From Scyliorhinus canicula (lineage: Eukaryota): a stretch of 64,000 nucleotides of DNA. Below, in pieces: positions 44,911-56,653 of this stretch (within the stretch, counting starts at the first letter, position 1; each line of letters starts with the position of its first letter). The position numbers were made by a program, and so were the translations under genes. The notes below the pieces were generated by a model. That model did not search any database and was not told the DNA's origin. It was given only the letters and a program-made list of their open reading frames with translations. The stretch lies in NCBI RefSeq assembly GCF_902713615.1, contig NW_024055427.1, positions 124,001 to 188,000 on the forward strand. The letters are read 5' to 3'.

Positions 44911-45242
44911 AGCTGGCAACGGAGACGTCAACGGACCTGTGTCACCTTCAATTCAGCTGCCTTGTTGCAGCTTCGCATGGTTCGGCTGAGAGGCCATGTC
45001 GCTCCTTACAAGAACACGTCTGTTTCTTTAAAACAGATGTCTAAACTTACAAGCCAGAGGAAGAACCTATATTGAACTAAAGAATTTGTTCAGCAAATCT
45101 CTAACGGCGAAATGCTCTCTTCTATTATTAATGCAGCATTCTGAAATCCTACAGAAAAAAGCAACCGACTTTACACAATATTTGTTTCGTTATTCAATGC
45201 TTGAGTTGAGTTTAAGAATTGACAATTATGTGTTTCTTTTAT

Positions 45243-45328
45243 TGTAAGAAGTCTTACAACACCAGGTTAAAGTCCAACAGGTTTGTTTCAAACACGAGCT
45301 TTCGGAGCACGGCTCCTTCTTCAGGTGA
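45243..45328. mobile_element. Single Penelope-like arm (hammerhead motif 45293-45327, minus) at an inversion junction
   Basis: Directly followed by the 3' end of a plus-strand tRNA-Val (45330-45349). Confidence 0.65.
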
Positions 45329-45442
45329 CCTCGAAACCGGGCAGAAACATCTGGTGCTTCCAGTTTAGTCTGTCGCTAAATATTACCTCAATCTCGTAAC
45401 TGGTCTTCATCATCGAGGAATAACGAAGGTCTGGAACTGCGT

Positions 45443-45517
45443 GGGCCAGTGGCGCAATGGATAACGCGTCTGACTACGAATTAGGCGATTCCAAGTTCGA
45501 CGACTTGCGCTGGCTCT
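45443..45517 (+). pseudogene. tRNA-Arg(ACG), degenerate 3' end
   Basis: gggccagtggcgcaatggataacgcgtctgactACGaattagg... Confidence 0.7.
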
Positions 45518-45846
45518 ATGTTCCGCGTTTTGGCGTCCTCTTTCGTTCAGTGGGTTGGACAGCTAGTTCCTGATGCAGAGTAAATTCAGCAGGACATCAT
45601 CAATTCTCGTATCAGCTGTGGTTACTTATAAAAGCCCTGCCCTCTCTATGTAACTTCAAGAAAAACATAACATATCTTCAGTTCAGCAATGTTCAATATC
45701 TGATACTTTCATAAGTTGAGACATCAGTTTTAAAGAAACGGCTTCTTGCTATAAGTTACATGGCCACTCCGCGGAACCATCAGAAGCTGCAGCAACACAT
45801 TGAGGTTGAAAATTACACACGTCCACTGATGGCGAGGCTCCCAGCG

Positions 45847-45919
45847 GTTTCTGTAGTGTAGTGGTTATCACATTTGCCTAACACGCGAAAAGTCCCCGTT
45901 TCGAGCCCGGGCAGAAACA
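45847..45919 (+). tRNA. tRNA-Val(AAC)
   Basis: gtttctgtagtgtagtggttatcacatttgcctAACacgcgaaaagtccccgtttcgagcccgggcagaaaca. Confidence 0.75.
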
Positions 45920-47585
45920 TCCTATGCATCTCATTTCGTGTGACGAATGCTTGCACAAAATACGTTTGTTTCTCAATCTCGCACGTTCGAGGAACATGAG
46001 ATTTGGTATCGCATAAGGTATTAAAATTCCTGCAACAAAGTCAGAATTGCTGAATTTTCTAGACGCCAGGGGAAGAAAAGCTTTTCCTATTTTGCCACGA
46101 TTCGGATATTAGCAGTTTGATCATCCACCACAGAATCTTTTGGGTTTACAGATGCAGATGAACATATTTAATCACCATTTCAAACATGTATAAATATACG
46201 ATAAAAGCAACTTGCTGCTTATGCGTCAATGGGAAAGAAAAACAGAAAACACAGGACAGTCTCAGCAGGTCTGACAGCCTCTGTGGAGAGAGATGGCAAG
46301 TGTCGTTTCGAGTCTGGGTGACTCTTTGTCGAAGCTGGACAACTGGATCTTTGGTTAGGTTAGATTGGCGGTGGGGGGGGGGTGGGGGGGGGGGGGGGGG
46401 GGGGGAGCGTGAAGCATTGGGCCTCGACAGACGGCCAGCGATGGGTGAAAAATAACACAAATGTGTTGGGCCGAAAGTAAAAGGGAATGTAAATGCTTCT
46501 AATCAAAGTTAAGAACGGTGCTGATAGAGGCGATTAAAATATTAGAACGTGTTAATGGCAGAGAACAATGAGGAACAAGGGGCGGATTTCCCAAGAGGGA
46601 TGGGATTGGCTTGGGGAATGGGGAGGGGGAGAAAATGGGAGAGGAAGACATATCAATGGTAGCAATGAAAATACGTTGATGGAAAAAAACATGTGGTGAA
46701 GTTGGAAGAGTGATTTCACGGTACGAAGTTGTTGAGCCTACTGTAAAATCCGCAAGGCTGTACCGTGCCTATTCGGAGGTTGGGGTGCTGTTCCTCGGCG
46801 TTGTGCTGAGCTACATGGGAACATTGCAGCAGGCCAAGATCGGACATGTGGACATGAGAGCAGGACAGTGAGTTGAAATGACAAGCGACAGGAGAGTCTG
46901 CCACCAGCTTGTGGATGGAGCGAAGGTGTTTTCCAAAGCGGTCACCCAGTCGGCATTTAGTCTCTGCAATGCAGAGTAGATGGCGTTGGGATCAGCAAAT
47001 GCAACAGGCCAGATTGAAGGATGTCTTATAGTAATGTGTACTCAAAAGGACAGACACAAACGATACTGTAACTGACTTAAAGGAAATGCCAGAACCACCT
47101 TTTGGAAAGTAAAAACGTACTTCCTGATGGAGAAAAAGGAAAAGCCAGTGTGGGAATCCAGGCTCAATGTCGATTTGCAATTACCCCTCCTTTCTTATAC
47201 ACGAACGGTATTTAGGCTGCAGCATGTTACACACTAAAACACAAAGAGGTCAAATATAAGAAACACATAATTGTCAATTCTTAAACTCAACTCAAGCATT
47301 GAATAACGAAACAAATATTGTGTAAAGTCGGTTGTTTTTTTCTGTAGGATTTAAGAATGCTGAATTAATAATAGAAGAGAGCATTTCGCCGTCAGAGATT
47401 TGCTGAACAAATGCTTCAGTTCAATATAGGTTCTTCTTCTGACTTGTAAGTTTAGACATTTGTTTTGAAGAAACAGACGTATTCTTATAAGAAGTGACAT
47501 GGCCTCTCAGCCGAAACATGCGAAGCTGCAACAAGGCAGCTGACTTGAAGGTGACACAGGTCCGTTGGCGTTTGCGTTGCCAGCT

Positions 47586-47657
47586 GTTTTTGTAGTGTAG
47601 TGGTTATCACATTCGCTTAGCACGTGAATGGTCCCCGTTCAAAACCGGGCAGAAACA
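47586..47657 (+). pseudogene. tRNA-Val body with AGC anticodon
   Basis: gtttttgtagtgtagtggttatcacattcgcttAGCacgtgaatggtccccgttcaaaaccgggcagaaaca. Confidence 0.7.
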
Positions 47658-47750
47658 TCTGGTGCTTCCAGTTTAGTCTATCGCTAAATATTACCTCAAT
47701 CTCGTAACTGGTCTTCATCATCGAGGAATAACAAAAGCTTGGAACTGCTG

Positions 47751-47819
47751 GGGCCAGTGGCGCAATGGATAACGCGTCTGGCTACAAATCAGGAGATTCC
47801 ATGTTCGACTGCTGGCTCG
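47751..47819 (+). pseudogene. tRNA-Arg body with ACA anticodon and T-arm deletion
   Basis: gggccagtggcgcaatggataacgcgtctggctACAaatcaggagattccatgttcgactgctggctcg. Confidence 0.7.
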
Positions 47820-48148
47820 CAGTTCTGAGTTTTGGCGTCCTCTTTAGTTCAGTGGGTTGGACAGATCGTTCTTGATGCAGTGCAAATTCAGCAGGACATC
47901 ATCAATTCTCGTATCAGCTGTGGTTACTTATAAAAGCCCCGCCCTCTCAATTTAACTTCAAGCAAAACATAACTTATCTTCTGTTCAGCAAAGTTCAATA
48001 TCTGATGCTTTCATAAGTTGAGACATCAGTTTTAAAGAAACGCCTTCTTGCAATAAGTTACATGGCCTCTCAGCGGAACCATTAGAAGCTGCAGCAACAC
48101 ATTGTGGTTGAACATTACACACGTCCACTGATATCGACGTTCCCAGCG

Positions 48149-48378
48149 GTTTCTGTAGTGAAGTCGTTATCGCATTTGCCTAACACGAGAAAAATCCGCT
48201 GTTCGAAACCGGGCAGACATGGCCTCTCAGCCGAACCATGAGGTGCTACATCAACACAGTGAGGTTGAACATTGCACAAGTCCATTGATTGCTGCACTGC
48301 CAGCGGTTTCTGTAGTGTAGTGGTTAGCACATTCCCCTTACACACGAAAGGTCCCCGAGTTGGTACCGGGTAGAAACA
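48149..48378 (+). pseudogene. Two degenerate tRNA-Val copies (48149-48219 AAC; 48306-48378 TAC)
   Basis: Val-type 5' ends gtttctgtagtg... with broken stems. Confidence 0.65.
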
Positions 48379-49400
48379 TTAAGTGCTTCTCATGTTGTGA
48401 GGACTGTTTGCACAAAGTACCTTTGTTCCCCGATCTTGTATGTTCGAGGATTATGAGGTTTAGTCTCTCATGAGCGACTAAAATCATAAGTACTGAATTT
48501 TCGGCAGGCAATGAGAAGAAAAGGATCTTCCTATTTTAGATATTCGGAGCTCGTGCATCCACGACAGAATTTCATGCATTTACAAATGCAGATGAACATA
48601 TTTATTCATCATCGCAAACATGTCTAAATGAACGACAAATGCAATTTACTGCGGATGCTTCAATCTGAAACAAAAACAGAAAATACTGGACCATCTCAGC
48701 AGATCTGACAGCCTCTCTGAAGCCAGATGGCAGCTGTCGTTCCGAGTCTGGGTGACGCTTTGTCAAAGCTGGAGATCTGGAAATAGGGTCAGATTCACAC
48801 TATTGTGGCTGGGGCGGGGGTGACGTGCCCTATTGGGCCTCGATAGAGTGTCAGCAACAGGTGGAAAATGACGAAAATGTCTCGGAGAGATAGAAAAGGG
48901 AATGTAAATGAGGCTAATCAAGGCTAAGAAAGGTGCTGATGGCGCATTAAGAGGTCAGAATGTGTTAATGGCAGAACAAAGGTAAGCAGTGTGTCAGAGA
49001 ACAATTGGCAACAGTGATCTGATTGATCAAGTAGGATGGTATGGGCTGGGGATTGGGGGGCAATGCTGAGGGTAAAACATATCAATGGAAGAAATGAAAA
49101 TAAGTTGATGGAAATAAACAGGTGGTGGAGGGGGAGGAGAGAGTTCACAGTCTGAAGTTGTTTAACTGATAAAATGAAAGGGACAGAGAGCTGTCTGAGC
49201 CCACCAGAATTAGTCAATAGAGATGTGAATGCCCCACACAAGCTTTGCGAAAATTTCTCGATTTTCTCGGGAACGTATTGGGTTCCTGCAGCTTGAGCTC
49301 AGCTTCGCAAAGCAAACCCAATGTGAATGAATCCCGCCGTCTGCGAGGCAAATAAATGAAGAAATCATGTTGCTTGACCAATGGAAAACCTCAATCAAAG

Positions 49401-49490
49401 AACTCGTGCGGGATTTGAACCCGGAATCTCTCGCAAATTCCAACAGCGAGCCACCCAAAGCGAGAATCATACCCCTAGTCCAACGAGCCC
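49401..49490 (-). tRNA. Intron-containing tRNA-Pro(TGG), near-intact variant
   Basis: Reverse complement ggctcgttggactaggggtatgattctcgcttTGGg-tggctcgctgttggaatt-tgcgagagattccgggttcaaatcccgcacgagttc. Confidence 0.75.
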
Positions 49491-51119
49491 CGCAAAAAGA
49501 GCAGAAGCATACTGTCATTGCCATCGAAAGTCGATATAACATCTGCGGAGAACGCCGGAATTACTGCAACATCTCAGGGAGTCAGGCGGCATTTGTCGAC
49601 AGGTAAGACAAAGTTCGTCTTTCACCGTCACCTTTCATTAAAACCGGGACAGGTTAGAAATGTAGGACGGCTTAACCAAGTGAACTCCAGGAGGGAGGAA
49701 ACAGAACAACAGGGAAAGGGCTCTAATAGGGGGCAAGTCAGGAGAGATTAAATAAGAGGCCTTGGGTCCGTTGCCACAGAGTTAGGTTAGCGTCAAATTA
49801 GAGAATAACTACACCACAGCATGAGGCCATTCCGGCCGCTGTGTCTGTGCCAGCTCTCTGTCAGAGCAATGGAAGCAACGAAAGATGTGTCTGGAGGAGC
49901 CGTCAATGGCAGATTGATGAACAAATGCCGCCCGGACACAAAGAACAAGTAGAGCAAACAATTCATAACATCTAACCTGGAGTAAAGGGCGCGTCATGCA
50001 TTTGAGACCTTGACCGCTCGCGTGCTCCTTGACTGAAAATTCGCATGTGAGAACCACATCTCTAGATGAACGAGCCCATGTTTAACGCCCCGCTTCAAGC
50101 AGAATGTAACTTATATTTGATGCAAAGCAGCTGAGACATCTCGGACGCCAGATGAAAATATTGAAAAAAAAACTTCCGCAGGTCAGCATTTGTGGACATA
50201 AACTCCAGGAAAGTTTCCGCTCCATGTTGCCGACTGGAGAGTTTGGAACTGGGGCTCATTTCTTCTTAAAGTGCACATGTTACCCGTTACTCCACACGAC
50301 AATTCCAATTGTGAAGCTGAATGAAGCAGAATATCAATCGTTGCAATCTCATCGCAGTTCAGTGGCTTCTGACAGAGGAAGAGGAAAAGCCAGGGAGACG
50401 GGAACCCAAGTCTGAGCGCAGGTCCGGTCAAATTCTTCCTTTCTTATTCAGCCGGGAAAGAAGAAACAGAAAAGGGTTTTTTGGCTCCAGAATGTGAAAT
50501 ATGCCATTAGGTTATCTGAAAGAAGAGGCGGGGAGTTCTCCCCGCAGTCCTGGCCAATGTTTATCCCTCAGTCACCCTGACTGTGAACACGGAAAATCCA
50601 GTGGATGGGAATCCAGTGGACAGTTCCAGGGTAAATTTACATCTCCACTGTGAGGGTGGTGGAACCTTTCTCAACGTCCACAGATATTTAAATATTTGTA
50701 CACCTCCTCCATCTGGTGACCAGATTCATTCTTTCCACAAGAGTTTGACTGGAGTTGCCCGTAATTAAATACGAATTAATTTCTATCGAATAGAGCGTTG
50801 GGTTGAGGAGAAATGGTTTGTTCAGAAGTTCCGGGATACCACCGCAGCTGAAATGAAATGAAAATCGCTTATTGCCACAAGTAGGCTTCAAATGAAGTGA
50901 CTGTGAATAGCCCCTAGTCGCCACATTCCGGCGCCTTTTCGGGGAGGCTGGTACTGGAATTGAATCCGCGCTGCTGGCTTTGGTTGCTTTACAAGGCAGC
51001 TATTTAGCCCATTGTGCTAAACCAGCCCCTGTGACAAGGACAGCTGTTAATACAAGAAAAATATTAACATAATAATATATAATTAAAATCCGTCCATCCA
51101 TCTAGTGATTTAAGGACAT

Positions 51120-51358
51120 TCGGGTTATCCCCAATATCGCAGAGGATAAATGTATCTATTAAATCTCCAACTTTATCGTCAGAACTAGAACACGCATCTC
51201 ACTGTCGGATTTCATGTGCATTCCTGTGGAAAGAATGAAGTTACGATTCGTTTCCTTTTCATTCGGAATACACCCAGGAATATCACCATTTTCACTGTGA
51301 AAGACCTGTAGTACACTGACCACGCAGTCTATCACTGTGTGCTGAGGTCAACATACTG
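51120..51358 (+). pseudogene. Highly degenerate TCR V segment
   Basis: One frame reads LQLYRQN*...IRFLFIRNTPRNITIFTVKDL*YTDHAVYHCVLR, matching V FR2-FR3. Heptamer-like CATACTG at 51352-51358. Confidence 0.55.
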
Positions 51359-51432
51359 AGAAAGGCCCCGGGACAACTTTTCCCGTTACCGGTTTCTGTG
51401 ACATCATTTTAAAGGAGATTCATTGAAGCCAA

Positions 51433-51446
51433 CCAGCAGGTGGCGC
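51433..51446 (+). promoter_or_regulatory. CTCF-like motif downstream of the degenerate V
   Basis: CCAGCAGGTGGCGC. Confidence 0.6.
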
Positions 51447-52215
51447 ATCAGGCTGTAGATTCTCACCATCTGTCACGTTGCAGGAGCCAATCGTGACTGA
51501 CGGTTTCACGTTTTGCGGTAGAATTGATGCTCGCCAATGAATGTTACCGTGGAGTTCCGGAAGTGAGAAAATTTGTCCGCTGTTTTTCGCAGTGCTGCAC
51601 AGAAAAGGAGCGTAACACGTTTTAATTCCCCGGGAGCCTACTGTATTTTGAACATGAGGGGCAGAAAAATGCATCCCATGACAGGTAAGATAAAGCTCCC
51701 CCCCCCCCCCCCCCGTCAGCGGACCGGGTGGTGCAGTGGGCCCAGTCTCCATGATATCAGCTGTGAGTTTACTCAGTTTTACATGCGCTCTGCATTTCCA
51801 TAGCGTAAACACAAACTGCAAACAAGCATTGCTCGTCCATGGAAACCAAATATCAATATTCAAAGCAAGTTATTTTACTGCTGACCATTTTTTCCGACCT
51901 TTGGTATTTAGAATCCTACAAGTAATAATGAGCTCACTGCATCTCTCCGCTCATATTGTATCCAACAATCTCTCGTGTAGTCTATATTTTTCTGCTAAAT
52001 TACGGTCTATATCTGTCCCCGTTTCACCGCTTTCCTCCATGCTTCTCCCCCAATTATTTATTGGCATCTATCTATCTCAAAAGCTAATAATTCACGATTA
52101 CTCTTAGCTGTCTTAGTCTGCACATCTATATAACTCCGTTAAATTATTCCTTTGCTCTTTATCCATGTTTCTATCGAACAATGTGTCTATGTATTTAAAT
52201 CATCCATCAAGCTGC

Positions 52216-52800
52216 TGTCATGAGAATGTTACTATAAGAAATGTCTGGCTGCTCATGTTACTGCTGTGATGTCAGAGTGTGGGTGGAGCTGAGCTCTGGC
52301 TCTGCTTTTTAGTTTCACTGTGAGAAAAGCTTGGGTATGTTTGTGATTTTTTTTGTTTCGTTTCAGTGTTGAAGCGGAACCCAGACAAAGCAGGTGTACT
52401 GTTGTTCTCTCTGCCACAAAAAGACTATCTCTTGATCATTTGGTGAATTCAGAATTATAAATATTCTCAGTAGTGAATTTAAATCTGATGTGCTTCTGTT
52501 AAAAGGTGTTTCTTTATGTCTTCTGGATGTTGTTTTGGAATTTATTAAGGATTACTTAGTGTTGTATTCTTTGGGGTTGCATTTGAATTAATGGTTGCTA
52601 AGATGTTCACTGGATGTTTTAAAAAGTTTAATTTGAGTTAATAGAATAAACATTGTTTTCCTTTAAAAATACTTTTCGATTTCTGCTGTACCACAACTGT
52701 AGAGTGGGCCGTGTGCTCCCCAGAACACAGGCTATTAAAAGTTGTGGGGCACGTGAACACCATGATACACTTTGGGGTTCTCTAAACCCTGGCCCATCCA
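52216..52800 (+). repeat. Possible solo LTR
   Basis: TG...CA-bounded AT-rich block with AATAAA near 52646; no TSD found. Confidence 0.35.
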
Positions 52801-55616
52801 TGTATCAGTAAGGGAGAGACAAGGCGAGAGGGGGAGAGAGAGAGAGACAGGGAGGGAGGGAAGCAATTACCCCTTCTGCTCGTGCCCCCGCCGCCTTTAA
52901 GAGTTAAAAAAAACTTAAGCAATTGACCACACGGTTCGTATCCGGCACCGCAATCAATTTTTAAATTTAACGTCGTAACGGCCTTCTGAAACATGTTGAA
53001 CGTTTTGCTAAATTGTGGAGGCTGCGGAAATTGTAGATGCATGTATTTGCGAGGCAAGAAATTCGTTCCCATGGGATCTGGTTCAGATGTTTCAAGTTTG
53101 CTTGGGAACAGCGGAGAGACATCATCGGTTACACATAAAAGTACAGGTTTTATTGACAATCGATCTACTCATGACAAATACTACATTCAAAGGTTGATTC
53201 AACATTTCCGAGTAACTGCCGACAGGCCTAGAACAAACAGGCAATGAGGACTAGTATCAATGTTGTCAACTTAGTTGTATTTCTGCTTGAAAAAGTGGCA
53301 TTAATGCAATATTCACTTTGACCTTATGGATGTGGCTGCAGATAGAATATAAAAGATCATCCAACTAGTAATAGAAAATAAACGACTCAACTCCTACTCC
53401 AATCCTAATGGCTTACACTCTATCCATATATTTTTTACAAGATAGACTCAGTGACTACCCTATCCCATAGCTGTGTATTAATTCTACTCGCAGTTGACTT
53501 CCCACTCTATCTGAAGAGCACGTTAATCCGAAGTAATCTCACACAATATTATACACTCAGATAAAAGCAAATTACTGCGGATGCTGGAATCTGAAACCAA
53601 AGGGAAAATGCTGGAAAATCTCAGCAAGTCTGGAAGCATCTGTAGGGAGAGAAAAGAGCTAACGTTTCGAGTCCGATGACTCTTTGTCAAAGCTGAAGTT
53701 GTCAGAGTTTTGTCAGATGCTGCCAGACTTGCTGAGATTTTCCAGCATTGTCCCTTTCATTATAGACTCAGAGCTCTTTGTTGATGCAATGTAGTCGCAT
53801 TGATCACTGTACAGCACAACCCTCTATTAATCTCACTATAATTCTGCACCCCAGACACAATATACCATCTCTCGCCCTAACTCAATATTAATTTCCGTTT
53901 TTTGCCGTTGCAACCCAGCTGAGGCCCATCTCTGATTTTGCCTTATCTTTATCTTTATTTTTTCAAGCTATAACGGCCTTTCTGTTTGGCATCATTTATT
54001 GCATGTCACTATTTCCCTTGAGGAGATGACGGTGAGCTGCCTTCTTGAACTTCTGCAGTATACCTGGTGCTGATATACCCACATTGCTGTTCACGAGGGA
54101 GTTCCGCGAACCTGATCCAGCGACAGTGAATGAATAGTAACATAGTTACGAGTCAGGATGGATTTCCTGGAGGTGAACTTGCAGGTGGTGCTTAATATTA
54201 ACTTGTGAACCACAAACTAACCGCAATAACACCTCGCTGCAAACAGCCCTTACATCGTCCCAAAGTACATCCACAGTGACCGTCTCCCCTAATTTTGCAT
54301 CGCGTCTGGGTGGCACGGTGGCACAGTGGTTAGCACTGCTGCCTAAGTTGCTGAGAACCCGGGTTCGATCCCGGCCCTAGGCCACTGTCTGTTTGGAGTT
54401 TGCACATTTTCCCCCTTCCTGCGTGAGTTTCACCCCCACAACCCGAAGATTGGCCACGCTAAATTGCCCTTAATAGAAACAAAAGATTTGGGTGTTGAAA
54501 ATTTTTTTTTAAAAATTGTATCGACCCTGAAACCATATCTTTCAACCTCACAACATATCCCAGTATCATTCCAAAACGAATCCCACTCTGCACCAGCTCG
54601 CTGCAACGCTATACTAATCAAAATTACTACCAGTGCTCCATCGCTGTCCATCGACATTCAGAAATCCGAAAATTAGTAATGATGCGCCTAATAGGTATTT
54701 CCCTCGTTTTGGTTCTGTAACCACCTTCTTCGCAGATATATCCTTCAAGACTCCGGTATCTGTTAGTAATGCTGCCACTGTCACTCCTGGCGATGTACAT
54801 TGAAGGATACCACCAGATTACATTATTTCCATTGCTTCCCTCAGTTGTTCTTCCAAGTGGCGTTTAATCAGCAAGAGGTTTATTTTACATCTGCACTAAA
54901 AAGCACGGTGCTTACCGCCTCTGGTCATTCTAACTTGCGGGTGGGATAAGACCTACGGAGAAACGCTGGCAAAGGAGTCTACAAATCATGATTTATGGGT
55001 GTGGCTATATTACTCTGTTGTTTGAAAGGTCGGCGGGGCACCTCTCCTAGTTTTGGCACAAGCCCCCAGACCTTATAGTGGTAGACATTGCTAGATCGGC
55101 TGTGCGAAGGCGTACTTTTGTAATTGTCGGTGACTATTTTGATGTCGAATGGCCCACTTGGCTTTATTCCTTTCGAACTTTCTGTAGCGGTTTGTTGCAA
55201 CTCAATGGTTTGTTTGGGAATTTCCAAAGGCAGTTCAGAGTCAACAACATTGCTATGGGTCTGGAGTTACATAGAGATCAGACCCAGTATGGGTGACAGG
55301 TTTTCTATCCTTAAAGGATATTAGCGAACTAGATCATTTTCAAAACTTCCAATCTGACAGGTTAGATGTCACCATTAATGAGACTCACTTCTGTGCTCAG
55401 ATTTATTTATTAATTGACTTTAAATTCTTCCTGTCAACCATGATGGGAGTGGAAATCGTGTCCTCAAAGCATTGCTCTGGGCCATTGGATTGGTAGCCCA
55501 AAACATTAACTCCTGTCATGGTGGCGTTAAGGGGTGTGGGTGAGAGTACCGATGGTCCCCACTCTATGCGTTACTGGTATGCGGTTTGAGAGTACTGATG
55601 GTCCCCACTCTATGTG

Positions 55617-56653
55617 TTACTGGTGTGCACTACAACAAACCGTCTTCCATTGGAACATTTGTGACCTGAAAATGTAGAGCAGGGGATTCAGGACGGTGTT
55701 AAGAGAAGTGATAGCCCAGGTATACGGCCGAATGTTGCAAATGTACCACCTCACAATTTCCCCTCTAGAATCCAGCAGGTTCCTTAAAATAAAAGAAAGT
55801 TCAATGACGTGAAATGGAGCAAAACATAAAAGCAGGAGAGCCAAAATCGCCAAAATGGTTCTCAGCACTTTCTTCTTCATCATTTCCATGGACTCCTTCC
55901 CAGCTCCAACTTCAATCAGTTTCTTTGCGCTCAGGGCATAGCAGGTCAATAGGATTAGGATTGGGATGAAAAATACAACCAATTCGGTACACAAAATAAG
56001 CACCAGGTTCCGCTCCCAGATTGAAACCTGAGCTCTGCATGAAAATGGGTTGTCCAATGTGCCTTTCCGGTGGAAAAAGATCAGAACACCCAGGGTCAAA
56101 AATGTCAGCCAAGCTGTTAATGACAGAACAACGTAATATCGGGGTTTTCTCCATGCATGAAACGTGATGGGGTGGACAATAGCGATGTATTGGTCAACAG
56201 CAATGCAGGTCATGAAGGCTGGGTTGCCGTAAAGACTGATTACGTTGGTGATAACGTCGATAAACCAAGTAGCTGTACTGAAATGAATGAATGTACAATT
56301 TCCAATATGGCAATTCCGGAAGCCAGGATAATCAAGATGTTCATGATGATTAGGTCGAGCAGGAGGACATCAGTTGGTGATGAAAACTGCTTCTTCCGTA
56401 TGATGTGCCACAGTGCAATTGAATTCCCAATGATTCCCAAAACAATGCAAAGGACGAGGAAAAGGGGAATCACACGCAGGTGCACCATGAAGTTGGATTC
56501 ATTGGCGTTATCCGTTGGATGTCCAATGCTATCATTTCCAGTCTGATTGGTGAGTGTGCGTTCCAAGTCCCAATAATCGCCATTTGATGTTCTAGCGAAC
56601 AATAAAGACAGCCAATTAAAAATATGGAGAAACTCCGAGTGGATATTGCACAA
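55617..56653 (-). pseudogene. P2Y-like (class A delta-group) GPCR, frameshifted between TM2 and TM3
   Basis: GIIGNSIALW (TM1), LLLDL (TM2), MTCIAVDQYIAIVHP (TM3), FFIP (TM5), CFAPFH (TM6), LNTVLNPLLY (TM7). The two ORFs are 440 nt apart (out of frame) and no in-frame ATG start is evident. Confidence 0.8.

Noticed and set aside
53560-53760. Second Penelope-like family with hammerhead-like fold (also about 42310, 46305, 48735)
   Set aside because: The core reads UUGACAA or UCGACAA rather than CUGANGA, so it is probably inactive. Treated as degenerate repeat.
54690-54900. Minus-strand frame ending ...GYICEE, suggestive of a C-type lectin exon
   Set aside because: The match is too short, with no supporting WIGL motif or splice structure.
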